DNA of 64,000 nucleotides, taken from positions 32,001 through 96,000 of the IMG/VR virus record IMGVR_UViG_3300032156_000001; one strand, 5' to 3'. The notes beneath the pieces were generated by a model that was not told where the DNA came from, ran no database searches, and saw only the letters and a list, made by a program, of their open reading frames with translations. Position 1 is the stretch's first letter, and each line of letters opens with the position of its first letter. Positions 1-8,922 of this stretch are shown here, in pieces. Both the position numbers and the translations under genes were made by a program. The DNA comes from a virus.

Positions 1-1
1 T

Positions 2-313
2 ACGAAGAAGGTCGCCGAATGGATCGACGACCGGAGCAAGGAGCTGCCCGAGAAGGCCGGCAAGAAGGCGAAGGTCAGCGACGGCCACAAGATCAGGGCC
101 GCCCTGTCGGTGTACGACGCCATCGGCGGCATCTGCGCCGACCTCAACTCGCGGATGAACGAGCTGGGGAAGGCGGACAAGATCTGGCAGGAGGACGAGG
201 ACAAGCCCCGCCAGGGCGAGTTCGCCAAGAAGCGCAAGGACATGATAAAGGCGCTCGAGAGCACTGGTGAGCACATCAAGATCGTCCTGGCGCGCCTTGA
301 AGAGAAGAAGTAG
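2..313 (+). CDS. hypothetical protein, 5' end outside window
   Basis: Frame open from base 2 (TKKVAEWIDD...) to TAG at 311-313; phage-like codon usage. Confidence 0.7.
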   Translation, partial: TKKVAEWIDDRSKELPEKAGKKAKVSDGHKIRAALSVYDAIGGICADLNSRMNELGKADKIWQEDEDKPRQGEFAKKRKDMIKALESTGEHIKIVLARLEEKK

Positions 314-474
314 TTTTCGGCGCGTAACGCCGGTGCGCGCTGCGGTTTGGGTGCTGGCGGCGGAATGGTCATGAAACGTGACTGTTCCGCCGCCTTTTCG
401 TCCGTGCACCGAACGATAACCGGCATACGAGCGATATAGTTTGTTGCAAGGCGCGCAGACTGGAGGACTTAGGA

Positions 475-1470
475 ATGGGACTTTGTCTCGTTTGCAAGGT
501 CGGCATTGCCGATAGCGATGTCGAGTCGCAAGGCGTGGCTTATTGCGACATGCACAGCCTCCGCGTCGTGATGACGGCCCTGTTCCTTCGTGTTCTGTAC
601 ACGATGCCGCGGGAGCCGGACGACTACTGCCTGGATACATGGTTCTCGGCGCTGGGGGCGTCCGAGGAGATGCCGAACACGATCCAGGAGTACAACAGTT
701 TCTTGCTTCGGAAACTGCCGCTGGACGGAACGCCGGATTACGAGAGCTGGCCGGACACGTTCGCGATACCTTGGGTCCACCCTGCCCAAGTCTCGGCGGT
801 GGCCGCCAGATACGGACTGGGCGCCTTCTGCAACCATTCCGACTGCGACGGCGTCCACAGCCCCGGCCAGGTCAGGGACATTGTCAGATTGTTCGAGTTC
901 ATACGTCAACCCGCGGAAGAAATCAGCCGATCTATAAAGAGGGCGCGCTGCCTGCCGGAGCAGCGGAAGGAGAGATTCGAGGATCTTTTGGACCGGGTGA
1001 AGACGCTTGATTGGTTCTACGGCGAAGTGGAACGGGTCGGCGGATACGTCGTATTCGCGCGACGTGAGGAGGCCGCCGTGGTCGTGACGATGGTAGCCGC
1101 GCTGATACCGGAGGCGAACTTGTTCATCAGCGAGGGTTTCGTCTGCGACCTGCCGAAGGCCGCTTCCGACGGCAAGTGCCCGGAATGCGAGAAGCTCGCG
1201 GTCCGGGTGCGAATGCCCGTCGCGGGCTACGATCCCGGTCGGCGCGACTTCCTGGGCATGGAGGTGGTCCCGTTCAGGGTGGACGGCAGCGCCTACGTGC
1301 TGGTCGGCAAGCGCGTATGCTCGCTGGAGGGCGGCAAGGCGCTGGACCGCTGCCTGGATCTCAACCTTCGCGACAGGGCTATCGTCATCGAGGACACGCT
1401 GCAGCGGCACGACATCGCCCCGATCCACACCGGGCTGTACATGCTGGACACTGGGAAACTGGAGGGCTGA
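475..1470 (+). CDS. hypothetical protein (Cys-containing)
   Basis: 331 aa ORF with upstream GGAGG/AGGA; abuts the next ORF. Confidence 0.7.
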   Translation: MGLCLVCKVGIADSDVESQGVAYCDMHSLRVVMTALFLRVLYTMPREPDDYCLDTWFSALGASEEMPNTIQEYNSFLLRKLPLDGTPDYESWPDTFAIPWVHPAQVSAVAARYGLGAFCNHSDCDGVHSPGQVRDIVRLFEFIRQPAEEISRSIKRARCLPEQRKERFEDLLDRVKTLDWFYGEVERVGGYVVFARREEAAVVVTMVAALIPEANLFISEGFVCDLPKAASDGKCPECEKLAVRVRMPVAGYDPGRRDFLGMEVVPFRVDGSAYVLVGKRVCSLEGGKALDRCLDLNLRDRAIVIEDTLQRHDIAPIHTGLYMLDTGKLEG

Positions 1471-2001
1471 ATGGCAAGAAACAGACCGTCTGGCGGGCGC
1501 GGACAGTGGGTCGAGGCGTGCCCCGCGTGCGGCGCCCCGACCCTTTACGTTTTCAGGGCCACGCTCGTCGCGACCGGCAAGACGATTTACCCGATGGCCA
1601 AGTTGTGCGCGCAGGGTTTCGGCTTCGAGCTGCCCATCGGACAGAAGGACGGTTCCACGGAAGACGAACGCGTGTTCTGTGCGGCATGCGAACAGCAGTT
1701 CACGCTCGATCAACTGACGACCGATTCCGAATCCGAATACATCTTTACGGTGCGTTCGGTAACCAACGAAAAGGATAAGCTGGACGGCTCGATAATCGTG
1801 GCGCCGGGGGCTGTGATGGTGAAACTCATCGGTTACGGTACTTGCGTCATGGAAGACGGCAGGGGTTTTCCCGTCTGCATCGAACTGTCTACCAAGGGTA
1901 GCCCGAAAGTGATGGTCTGGGCCGACATCAACAACGAAGATCCTACCCACATGATCGATCTGTGCGGCGCGTCGGAAAGTGCCAGGAAGATCGGATCGTG
2001 A
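1471..2001 (+). CDS. hypothetical protein with two CxxC pairs
   Basis: CPAC and CAAC motifs; starts immediately after the previous stop. Confidence 0.65.
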   Translation: MARNRPSGGRGQWVEACPACGAPTLYVFRATLVATGKTIYPMAKLCAQGFGFELPIGQKDGSTEDERVFCAACEQQFTLDQLTTDSESEYIFTVRSVTNEKDKLDGSIIVAPGAVMVKLIGYGTCVMEDGRGFPVCIELSTKGSPKVMVWADINNEDPTHMIDLCGASESARKIGS

Positions 2002-2249
2002 CCAGGCGGCGATTCGAGCGGAACCTCTGTCAGAGGATGAAGAACTTCGATAGAGCGGCGAAATCCGCCGCGATGGCGATGTTCGATTCCGGTGCCGTGG
2101 AAGGCGTGGAGCAGGCGCTTGGGCCGTCCCGGGCGCTGCTTATGATCCTGGTCCTGCATGCGGCGGTGGAAGAAACCAACGAGCTCACCAAGCTGTCGCA
2201 GGAACTGAGCCGCGAATTCATCGCCAGGCTGAGGGAAAAGAAACCGTGA
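1998..2249 (+). CDS. hypothetical protein
   Basis: GTGA start/stop overlaps at both ends. Confidence 0.55.
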   Translation: MTRRRFERNLCQRMKNFDRAAKSAAMAMFDSGAVEGVEQALGPSRALLMILVLHAAVEETNELTKLSQELSREFIARLREKKP

Positions 2250-2758
2250 GCAGGTCGAAGGACGGCAGCATCCGGCTGCACAAGACCAAGGGCCTGAACC
2301 CGCGGTTGACCAGGTGCATGGACTGCGGCAAGGATGTCGGCGTGGCACTCCTGGGCGCGACGGACTACATGTACAAGTGCCGCTCGTGCGGCAAGACCAC
2401 CGTCGGCGTCTTCAAGCATACGAGCAAGTGCCCGCAGTGCGAGATGGCCGGCGGCTCGACGGAGGAAGTCCCGGAGTTCGCGCCGCTGCCCATGGAGCTG
2501 TGCGACGACTGCGTGAAGAAGCGCAAGGAGTTTCACGATACGCTGGTGGAGGCGGCCAAGACGGGCGGCGTGGCCGCGAAGTGCCTGAATTGCCGCGCCC
2601 AGATGGTCGTCGCGGGCAGTTCCGAGCTGGCGAAGGACACGCGCAAGCGCTCCAAGATCGCGGCGCCCGGCCTTGTCGGCGTGGAAGTGCCGGAGTGCCC
2701 TAATTGCCGGGCAAAGCCCGCGAACGAACTGGTGAAGGAGGAGAAGCATGGGAGTTAG
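2246..2758 (+). CDS. multi zinc-ribbon protein
   Basis: CMDC, CRSC, CPQC, CDDC, CLNC, CPNC motifs. Confidence 0.7.
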   Translation: MSRSKDGSIRLHKTKGLNPRLTRCMDCGKDVGVALLGATDYMYKCRSCGKTTVGVFKHTSKCPQCEMAGGSTEEVPEFAPLPMELCDDCVKKRKEFHDTLVEAAKTGGVAAKCLNCRAQMVVAGSSELAKDTRKRSKIAAPGLVGVEVPECPNCRAKPANELVKEEKHGS

Positions 2759-3224
2759 CTACTACGCGTCTGCCGCTATAGGCATACGCGTCGACCCCGA
2801 GAAGCTGTTCGTGAAGAGGCGGGTGGCGGCCTGTTACGACAGGGATGGCGAGTTCCGTCACGCCTGCCCGTTCCGCAAGACGGACATGGCGAACGAGGTG
2901 TCCGCGGCGCAACTGCCCAAGTTCTGTCCCGAATGCGGCAAGGAACCGTCGGTGGTGAAGAAGCTGCCTATCGAGGGAATGCGGTACGACGACCATGAAA
3001 GCCTTTGGATCCTGGACAGCTTCAGGGTGCTGTCGACGAGCGTCGAAAGTCGGCCGTGCGTGGTGGTCGGCAAGTTTGTTCGGACCGGATGGGACAAGCC
3101 GATCGTGTTTTTCGCTGTTCCTGACATCGACGCCATTCGTGCGAAGCTTCTTGCGGCGCTGAAGCCGCGTGGCCTATGGGACGACAAGCAGTTCGGCGTG
3201 TATGCCGTACTCTATGTCTCCTGA
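2748..3224 (+). CDS. hypothetical protein with zinc ribbon
   Basis: FCPECG motif; GGAG RBS; overlaps upstream stop. Confidence 0.65.
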   Translation: MGVSYYASAAIGIRVDPEKLFVKRRVAACYDRDGEFRHACPFRKTDMANEVSAAQLPKFCPECGKEPSVVKKLPIEGMRYDDHESLWILDSFRVLSTSVESRPCVVVGKFVRTGWDKPIVFFAVPDIDAIRAKLLAALKPRGLWDDKQFGVYAVLYVS

Positions 3225-3450
3225 TGATGCCGCCATCGACCCCGCAGACCGCTCCTGGGAAACGACCGATCCCGAGCCGGTACGCCTTCTGGCGTGGTGG
3301 TGTTCCCTGCGCGAGTTCCAGCGGGAGCTGCTCGCCGGCGATCCCGCGTAGCCTGCCCGGCAGCGTCTTGCGGAAGAGCGGCTGGGCCCCAATGATTCGT
3401 GCCCGTGCGGGTCTGGCAGGAAGTTCAAGCGCTGCTGCCAGCACACCTGA
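3214..3450 (+). pseudogene. small SEC-C motif protein interrupted by in-frame TAG (3349-3351)
   Basis: MSPDDAA...[36 protein letters not shown]; the SEC-C motif is in frame after the amber codon. Confidence 0.6.
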
Positions 3451-3583
3451 GGCTGGCTAAAAAACCCCTGTTTTTGCGCTATTATACTGTGGTGTGGATT
3501 CGCTCCGCATCAAATGGTCCTTCCCAGCCGGCGCTCGGCGCCGATAGCCGGCTGCCGCCTGGAAGTGGGGGCGGGCGGTCTCG

Positions 3584-3617
3584 AACCCCGGGCTCGAAAA
3601 GGGCCCGGGGTTTTCTT
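3584..3617 (+). terminator. terminator-like hairpin
   Basis: AACCCCGGGCTC-GAAAA-GGGCCCGGGGTT followed by TTCTT. Confidence 0.55.
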
Positions 3618-3618
3618 C

Positions 3619-3691
3619 GGACGGTGATGGTCACCCGCCTGGCGGCGAAAGCCCCCTGGCCGGCCGGGTTCGATTCCCGGTCCGTCCTCCA
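3619..3691 (+). ncRNA. tRNA-like element with non-canonical D/anticodon region
   Basis: 5' GGACGG pairs with CCGTCC; T-arm CCGGG-TTCGATT-CCCGG (3664-3680); ends TCCA; 73 nt; no canonical anticodon arm found. Confidence 0.45.
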
Positions 3692-3914
3692 GCTGAGGGC
3701 GCCGGCAACGGCGTTCCTCGACCGTCGTGTGGCCTCAAGGGACCGATCCCCGATGCGCGGCGACCCCGCGCTGACACGACGTTAACCTGTCTGCTTGGCA
3801 AGCGGGTGGGTTTTCCAGGCCTTGCAGGGCCTGGTCGCTGGGGGAGCCTGGTGCTGCTACACCGGCTCCCTCGGCACTTTTTACCGCCGCTGCAACGGCG
3901 GGAGGAGGCAGCGC

Positions 3915-4079
3915 ATGTCGGATAGGGAGATTCGTCAGATCGAGGAGCAGATGGCGCGTGAGCGCGAGGAGCGCGAGCGTGCGCAGCGCCTCGAGAGAGC
4001 GTATCGGGCCCAGCGTTGGGCCCAGCGCATCAAGCTGGACGAAGTGGAACGGTTGGACGAGCTCGGGCTGGAAGGCTGA
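3915..4079 (+). CDS. small charged hypothetical protein
   Basis: GGAGGAGG RBS then ATG; MSDREIRQIEEQMAREREER. Confidence 0.6.
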   Translation: MSDREIRQIEEQMAREREERERAQRLERAYRAQRWAQRIKLDEVERLDELGLEG

Positions 4080-4157
4080 ACGTCCGCCGCGGTTCCGGGT
4101 GACTGTCGCCCCCCGACACCCGGGATCGCTGGTTGTGGGGGGAAAAGGGGGTGGCAG

Positions 4158-4568
4158 ATGGTGGCCAAGGCTCAGCCGGGACCCGGGACGGTCCCGACGG
4201 TGGAAGTGATGGGACCGGAACCGTCGGTCAAGCCGGTCGGCGTGTCGAAGGAGGAGTTGGTTACCCTGGGAACCCGGGCCTGGAACGCCGTCTACGCCCG
4301 CGCGGAGCAGGCGGTGGACTGGCTCGGCAAGCGGATCCGGGACGGGGCGAGGTGGATCTGGTTCGCCCTGGTCAAGGTCTTCGACTTCGCCAAGGAGGCC
4401 GCGATCCGCGTCGCCAGCTGCGGTTGGGAGCTGGCGAAGGTGGCCATCCACGCGGCGATCAACCTGGCCAGGCTCGCGATCGAGCTCAGCCAGTCGGTCC
4501 TGTCGGGGATCCTTCGCGCGCTGAGCATCCTGCTCGACGGCGTGAAGGAGGAGAAGGCTGCGGCGTGA
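4158..4568 (+). CDS. amphipathic helical hypothetical protein
   Basis: 136 aa; repeated helical W/F/A-rich pattern; followed by a terminator. Confidence 0.7.
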   Translation: MVAKAQPGPGTVPTVEVMGPEPSVKPVGVSKEELVTLGTRAWNAVYARAEQAVDWLGKRIRDGARWIWFALVKVFDFAKEAAIRVASCGWELAKVAIHAAINLARLAIELSQSVLSGILRALSILLDGVKEEKAAA

Positions 4569-4606
4569 AACCGGCGGGCGCGAGCCCGGCCGGGGGATGG
4601 AAGGAG

Positions 4607-4639
4607 ACGCGCGGGCTGAAACACGCCCGCGCGTTTTTT
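4607..4639 (+). terminator. Rho-independent terminator
   Basis: ACGCGCGGGC-loop-GCCCGCGCGT plus T run. Confidence 0.7.
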
Positions 4640-4664
4640 CTCCGTATCGGGGAGGAAAGGCCAA

Positions 4665-5360
4665 GTGGGAACGATAGCCCTGTCGCGAACATACATCGCC
4701 CCCGCCGGCGCCCCGGTCCTTCACAGCGTCGATGAGGCGCTACTGACTGCCAAGGTGTCGCGGACTATCTGTCTCGATTGCTCCGACCGGTACTACTGCT
4801 GCCACAGGCGCGCCACGGAACGCGGCATCCTGATCGGCGCCCGCCAAGCGGAACATCTGATGTCGCTGGCCCCCGCGTTGATGCATTACACGGGCCACCC
4901 TTCGGCCGAGTGGCTTCCCGTCTTCACGCGTTGGCTGGACTGGGACAAGGTTGAGCCGGATCACGAGCAGCTGTTCGGCGGCGGGTTCTCCATTCGGTTG
5001 GCTCGAAGCAAGGGTGACTGCAACTGCGCGATGATGAACTCCATGAGCGGCTGCATCCTGCGCTGCCACGAGCGCGCTCGTGGCGGGGAAGGCAACAACT
5101 GTGTCCCTATCAATTGCCGGCTGTTGCCGGCCCAGCTCAGCAACGGAATACTGGGCCTGGCTCCGGGCTACCCCGATAGTTTCCATTGTGCGATATCGCC
5201 AACCGGCGCCCTCAATGGCGCGGTCGGCTATTCGCTGCTGGAGCTTGTCATCGGCGATATTGACTACATATTTCGCAGACTGGGGGCGGGCCTGGAACTG
5301 CGCAACATCGCCTTCTCGTGGAAGGCGAAGACGGCGAAAGTGGCCGAGGAAGTCAAATGA
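4665..5360 (+). CDS. YkgJ-like cysteine-cluster protein
   Basis: CLDCSDRYYCC and later CxxxxxxxxC...PINCRLLP pattern. Confidence 0.45.
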   Translation: MGTIALSRTYIAPAGAPVLHSVDEALLTAKVSRTICLDCSDRYYCCHRRATERGILIGARQAEHLMSLAPALMHYTGHPSAEWLPVFTRWLDWDKVEPDHEQLFGGGFSIRLARSKGDCNCAMMNSMSGCILRCHERARGGEGNNCVPINCRLLPAQLSNGILGLAPGYPDSFHCAISPTGALNGAVGYSLLELVIGDIDYIFRRLGAGLELRNIAFSWKAKTAKVAEEVK

Positions 5361-5659
5361 GCAATGTTGACGAATTGAGACGGAACCCGTTGTACATGAA
5401 GTACCTGGGATGCCTCGGCCTGCTGGCCCGCTGTTCCATCCATCTTCAGGATGTGGCAGGTGAGGACTCCGCGGACGAGCTGCGCGAGACGATCGAGCGC
5501 GCCCTCAGCGACGCGCAGCATCTCGGCGTCCCCATTCGGTACAGGCGGATCCTGGCCCGGATAGAAGTGGAAGCGAAAGCCGAAGGAGAAGACGATGAAA
5601 CTGGGAAACAAGATAAGGCCGCGGGTCAGGGTGGTGGGCATCGACCCGCCGCCGGATGA
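5357..5659 (+). CDS. hypothetical protein
   Basis: ATGA overlap with upstream stop. Confidence 0.55.
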   Translation: MSNVDELRRNPLYMKYLGCLGLLARCSIHLQDVAGEDSADELRETIERALSDAQHLGVPIRYRRILARIEVEAKAEGEDDETGKQDKAAGQGGGHRPAAG

Positions 5660-5873
5660 GCTGTGCCACCTGTGCGGAAAGCCTGCCGACGCGTACGTCG
5701 CTGAGCTCACCAAGACCGGCGCCGTGCGGCCGGACGCCTGCAACGTTCCGATCTGCACCGGGTGCCGAAAGAAGGGTAGGTTCCTGACTTTGGTCCGGTG
5801 TGTCGCCAAGAAGCCGGCGCGTCCGGCGGGGAAGACGGATGCGGCGTGTTGCGCCGCACAGAAAGGGGGCTGA
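5595..5873 (+). CDS. zinc-finger hypothetical protein
   Basis: CHLC...CTGC; GGAG RBS. Confidence 0.55.
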   Translation: MKLGNKIRPRVRVVGIDPPPDELCHLCGKPADAYVAELTKTGAVRPDACNVPICTGCRKKGRFLTLVRCVAKKPARPAGKTDAACCAAQKGG

Positions 5874-6238
5874 TGAAAGTCAAGGTGGTGCCGGGCTCCG
5901 CGCGCGTGCGATTCGTGTTGACGTACGCCAACGGGAAGGCGGTTTCGCTGGATTTCGGCTCGCATGATGCGTATATCGCCGGTAAGAAGTGGCGGGTGGC
6001 CTGCTTCGGCAACGACCGCGCCGGCGCTTACGCCGAAGTGGAATTCGACGACGTTTCCGTCATTTGCGACAGGCTGTTGGAGACGATAGCCTTCGAGCTG
6101 TCGGAGGCCATCAGCGGCGCGCTGCAAGGCGGGCGGAAGGCCGCGAAGCCGAAGCCCGAGCCGGCGCCGAAGGCCGCCAAGCCGTCACCAAAGCCGAAGC
6201 CGGCGAAGGCGGCTTATACGGGCGGGATAGACCTGTAG
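5873..6238 (+). CDS. hypothetical protein with PK/AK-rich tail
   Basis: TGATG coupling; MKVKVVPGSARVRF. Confidence 0.65.
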   Translation: MKVKVVPGSARVRFVLTYANGKAVSLDFGSHDAYIAGKKWRVACFGNDRAGAYAEVEFDDVSVICDRLLETIAFELSEAISGALQGGRKAAKPKPEPAPKAAKPSPKPKPAKAAYTGGIDL

Positions 6239-6239
6239 G

Positions 6240-6257
6240 TTTCCAAGGCGTTGGAAA
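6240..6257. repeat. 18-bp palindrome, copy 1 (one mismatch)
   Basis: TTTCCAAGGCGTTGGAAA, 1 nt after a TAG stop. Confidence 0.85.
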
Positions 6258-6275
6258 CCCGATCAGGAGGGCGTC

Positions 6276-6470
6276 ATGAAGCGGATACTGAAGTGGGCGG
6301 CCGCGCTGCTCCTGCTGAAGCTATGCTTCATGGCGGGCGACATCCGGCGTTACGTGGCGGCGCGGCTGCAGTTGTCCAGGGGGCCGGCAGCTGCGCCGTC
6401 CGTCGGCGCGCCGAGGCCGCCCGAACTCCCGCCGGCCCCGCCGGGGCCGGAGGATCCTGACAGGTTTTGA
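6276..6470 (+). CDS. small protein with N-terminal hydrophobic segment
   Basis: AGGAGG RBS; MKRILKWAAALLLLKLCF. Confidence 0.55.
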   Translation: MKRILKWAAALLLLKLCFMAGDIRRYVAARLQLSRGPAAAPSVGAPRPPELPPAPPGPEDPDRF

Positions 6471-6509
6471 TCCGCGCTGATTGGCGGCGCGGAATGAGAG
6501 GAGGAGCGG

Positions 6510-8102
6510 ATGAACCGGACGCTGTTCAAGGGGAAGGGGTCCAGGGGCGCGCCGCCGGCCGACACGGTCAACGCGGCGGGCGGCGTGGCGTACAAGATGA
6601 CCGACGAGCAGGCGCTGGCCCAGCTGGCCGTGACGGGCTGCCTGTCGGACGTCTTCTACGCCAACGCGGAGATGCAGCTCGAGCAGGTCCTGGAAGTGGC
6701 GGCGAAGGTGCCCGCGGACTACGAGGCGCGGGTGGCGCTGTACGCCTGGGAGAAGGGCTACATGAAGGACATGCCGGCCCTGCTCTTGGCGCACCTGATG
6801 CGGCGCGACGTCGCGATGGCGAAGCGGGTCTTCCCGCGGATCGTCGTGAATGGCAAGATGCTGCGCAACTTCGTCCAGGTCATCCGCAGCGGGGTGACCG
6901 GGCGGAAGTCGATGGCCACGGCGCCGTCGGCGCTCGTGTCGGCGTACCTGGCCAAGCGGACCCCGCTGGAGCTCCTCAGGGACTCGATCGGCGACAAGCC
7001 CGACTTGGCGGACATCATCAGGCTGGCGCATCCCAAGCCGCCGAACGCGCAGTACCGCGCGTTCTACGCCTGGGCGCTCGGCAAGAAGCTGGACGCCGAG
7101 CAGCAGTCGGCGCTCCCGGAGATCGTTGCGGCGTACGACAAGATGTGCAAGACGGGCGTCCTCGATCTGGACGTAGTCACCAAGCTGCCGATTCAGATGC
7201 TCGGCAGCCTCAAGATGACCGACGACGCCTGGAAGAGGACCGCGGTCAACCTTCCCTGGCACGCGCTGCGGATGAACCTCAACGCGCTGGCCAAGCACGG
7301 CGTCTGGCAGGACAAGGAAGTCCTGCTCCGCTGCTGCGACAAACTGCGGGACCTCGAGACGATCAGGAAGGCGCGGGTCTTCCCGTACCAGCTCCTGATC
7401 GCCTACAAGATGACCGGTACGGACGTCCCGAACGAGCTGAGGGAGGCGCTGCAGGACGCCATGGAAGTGGCCGTCGAGAACGTTCCCGAACTGCCCGGCA
7501 GGACGTGGGTGTTCGTGGACGTCTCAGGCTCGATGCGCTCGCCCGTCACGGGAATACGCAAGGGGGCGACCACCGCGGTCCAGTGCGTGGACGTGGCCGC
7601 GCTGATGGCGGCCGCCATCCTCCGCCGGAACCGGGACTCCAACGTGCTGGCGTTCAACGACTCGGTCGTCGAGGGCTCCGACCGGATTGTGAACCGCCGC
7701 GACTCCGTGATGACGATCGCGGAGAAGCTGGCGGGGCGGCCGTCCGGCGGGACGAACGTCAGCGCGCCCATGCGCCAGCTGGTCGACCGGAACGAGCCGG
7801 CCGACACGGTCGTGTACGTGTCGGACAACCAGTCCTGGATCGATACCGCTGCCCATCAGTACGGGATGCAGGAGGCGACGGAGACCAAGCACCTGTGGCA
7901 GACGCTGAAGAAGCGCCGCCCGAAGGCGCGGATGGTCTGCGTCGACTTGCAGCCGTACCCCGACGCGCAGGCGCCGTCGTGCGCCGACACGCTCAATGTC
8001 GGGGGCTTCTCCGACGCCGTGTTCGACCTCATCGCCCTGTTCGCCAAGGGCGAGCTCACTCCCGACCACTGGGTCGGCGAGATCAGGAAAGTCCAACTGT
8101 GA
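6510..8102 (+). CDS. rsr: Ro60-related TROVE/vWA RNA-binding protein (Rsr)
   Basis: NAAGGVAY..LAQLAVTGCLSDVFYA, GYMKDMPALLLA, NGKMLRNFVQVIRSG, FPYQLLIAY; vWA VFVDVSGSM, GGT, VYVSDNQSW. Confidence 0.93.
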   Translation: MNRTLFKGKGSRGAPPADTVNAAGGVAYKMTDEQALAQLAVTGCLSDVFYANAEMQLEQVLEVAAKVPADYEARVALYAWEKGYMKDMPALLLAHLMRRDVAMAKRVFPRIVVNGKMLRNFVQVIRSGVTGRKSMATAPSALVSAYLAKRTPLELLRDSIGDKPDLADIIRLAHPKPPNAQYRAFYAWALGKKLDAEQQSALPEIVAAYDKMCKTGVLDLDVVTKLPIQMLGSLKMTDDAWKRTAVNLPWHALRMNLNALAKHGVWQDKEVLLRCCDKLRDLETIRKARVFPYQLLIAYKMTGTDVPNELREALQDAMEVAVENVPELPGRTWVFVDVSGSMRSPVTGIRKGATTAVQCVDVAALMAAAILRRNRDSNVLAFNDSVVEGSDRIVNRRDSVMTIAEKLAGRPSGGTNVSAPMRQLVDRNEPADTVVYVSDNQSWIDTAAHQYGMQEATETKHLWQTLKKRRPKARMVCVDLQPYPDAQAPSCADTLNVGGFSDAVFDLIALFAKGELTPDHWVGEIRKVQL

Positions 8103-8130
8103 CCACGTCGCTTGTGGGCGGCTCGCGTAC

Positions 8131-8165
8131 AGGGGCGGCAGCCACAACTGCCGCCCCTGCTTTTT
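8131..8165 (+). terminator. Rho-independent terminator after rsr
   Basis: AGGGGCGGCAG-CCACAA-CTGCCGCCCCT then GCTTTTT. Confidence 0.7.
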
Positions 8166-8202
8166 CCCGACTTCGCGGCAGCGACTCGCGGAAAGGGGTG
8201 AC

Positions 8203-8922
8203 ATGGAAGCGCAGTCGAAAGAGCAATTGGCGAGGGTGTTGGAAGAGTGGGCAAAGGCGTCGAGCGACGTCGAATGGTCGCGTCGGCAACTGCTTGTGAA
8301 GGAGGACAAGCTGAACAGTCTGTTGGCCGACGCTGTCAAGGCGATGGGCATCGGCGGTACGGAGCTGGCGAGTCTGGCTGGCGGTGAGGAAGCGACGGAT
8401 TGGGTGATGTTCGCCGGCGAGCTGGTTCCTGTGAGGACGGCCAGCGTCAACGGCGAGACGGCCCGCATAATGGACCTGACGGACATGGAACGGAGGGACC
8501 CGGAGAAGTTTGGGGCTGAAGCAGTGGGTCGATATCTGGAGAGCGGCATGCGGCCCGTGCCGGTGCCGATACCGGTATCGGCATCGCCGTTGACGGCGAA
8601 TCGGCTTGCTGCCGTCGGCGTGGCTCAGTCCGGCAAGGCGCTCAGCATAAACGCCATCGCACGCCAAGTGGGGAAGGACCTCGGGATACCGATGCCGGTT
8701 TCAGACAAGAGCGCGACTGCCAGCTCGCACGGCAAGCAGGCGAAGTTCACGCCGGCGGATAGGGCAGCCATCGACGCGCTCTATTTCCACAGGGATACCA
8801 TCCAGGAAGTAGCGCGGAGGTACAAGGCTGACGAGGCAGCGGCGTCTCGTTGGCTGGCCGGCATAGAAATGAAGCAAAGGGCCGCGGTTGAGAAGATCAG
8901 AAAGGAGTTGGGATGCCACTAG
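8203..8922 (+). CDS. hypothetical protein
   Basis: AAGGGG RBS, ATG at 8203; MEAQSKEQLARVLEEW. Confidence 0.65.
   Translation: MEAQSKEQLARVLEEWAKASSDVEWSRRQLLVKEDKLNSLLADAVKAMGIGGTELASLAGGEEATDWVMFAGELVPVRTASVNGETARIMDLTDMERRDPEKFGAEAVGRYLESGMRPVPVPIPVSASPLTANRLAAVGVAQSGKALSINAIARQVGKDLGIPMPVSDKSATASSHGKQAKFTPADRAAIDALYFHRDTIQEVARRYKADEAAASRWLAGIEMKQRAAVEKIRKELGCH

Noticed and set aside
3349-3351. Genome-wide TAG reassignment (alternative genetic code)
   Set aside because: Many genes end cleanly at TAG with the next gene or an intergenic signal directly after (313, 6238, 10948, 11758, 19280); only one suspicious case was seen.
3619-3691. tRNA-Sec or tRNA-Pyl
   Set aside because: No TCA or CTA anticodon in a suitable loop, and the arm lengths do not fit, despite a Pyl-like T-arm.
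3811-3828. Sixth copy of the 18-bp palindrome
   Set aside because: TTTTCCAGGCCTTGCAGG needs an indel and several mismatches; too degenerate to count.
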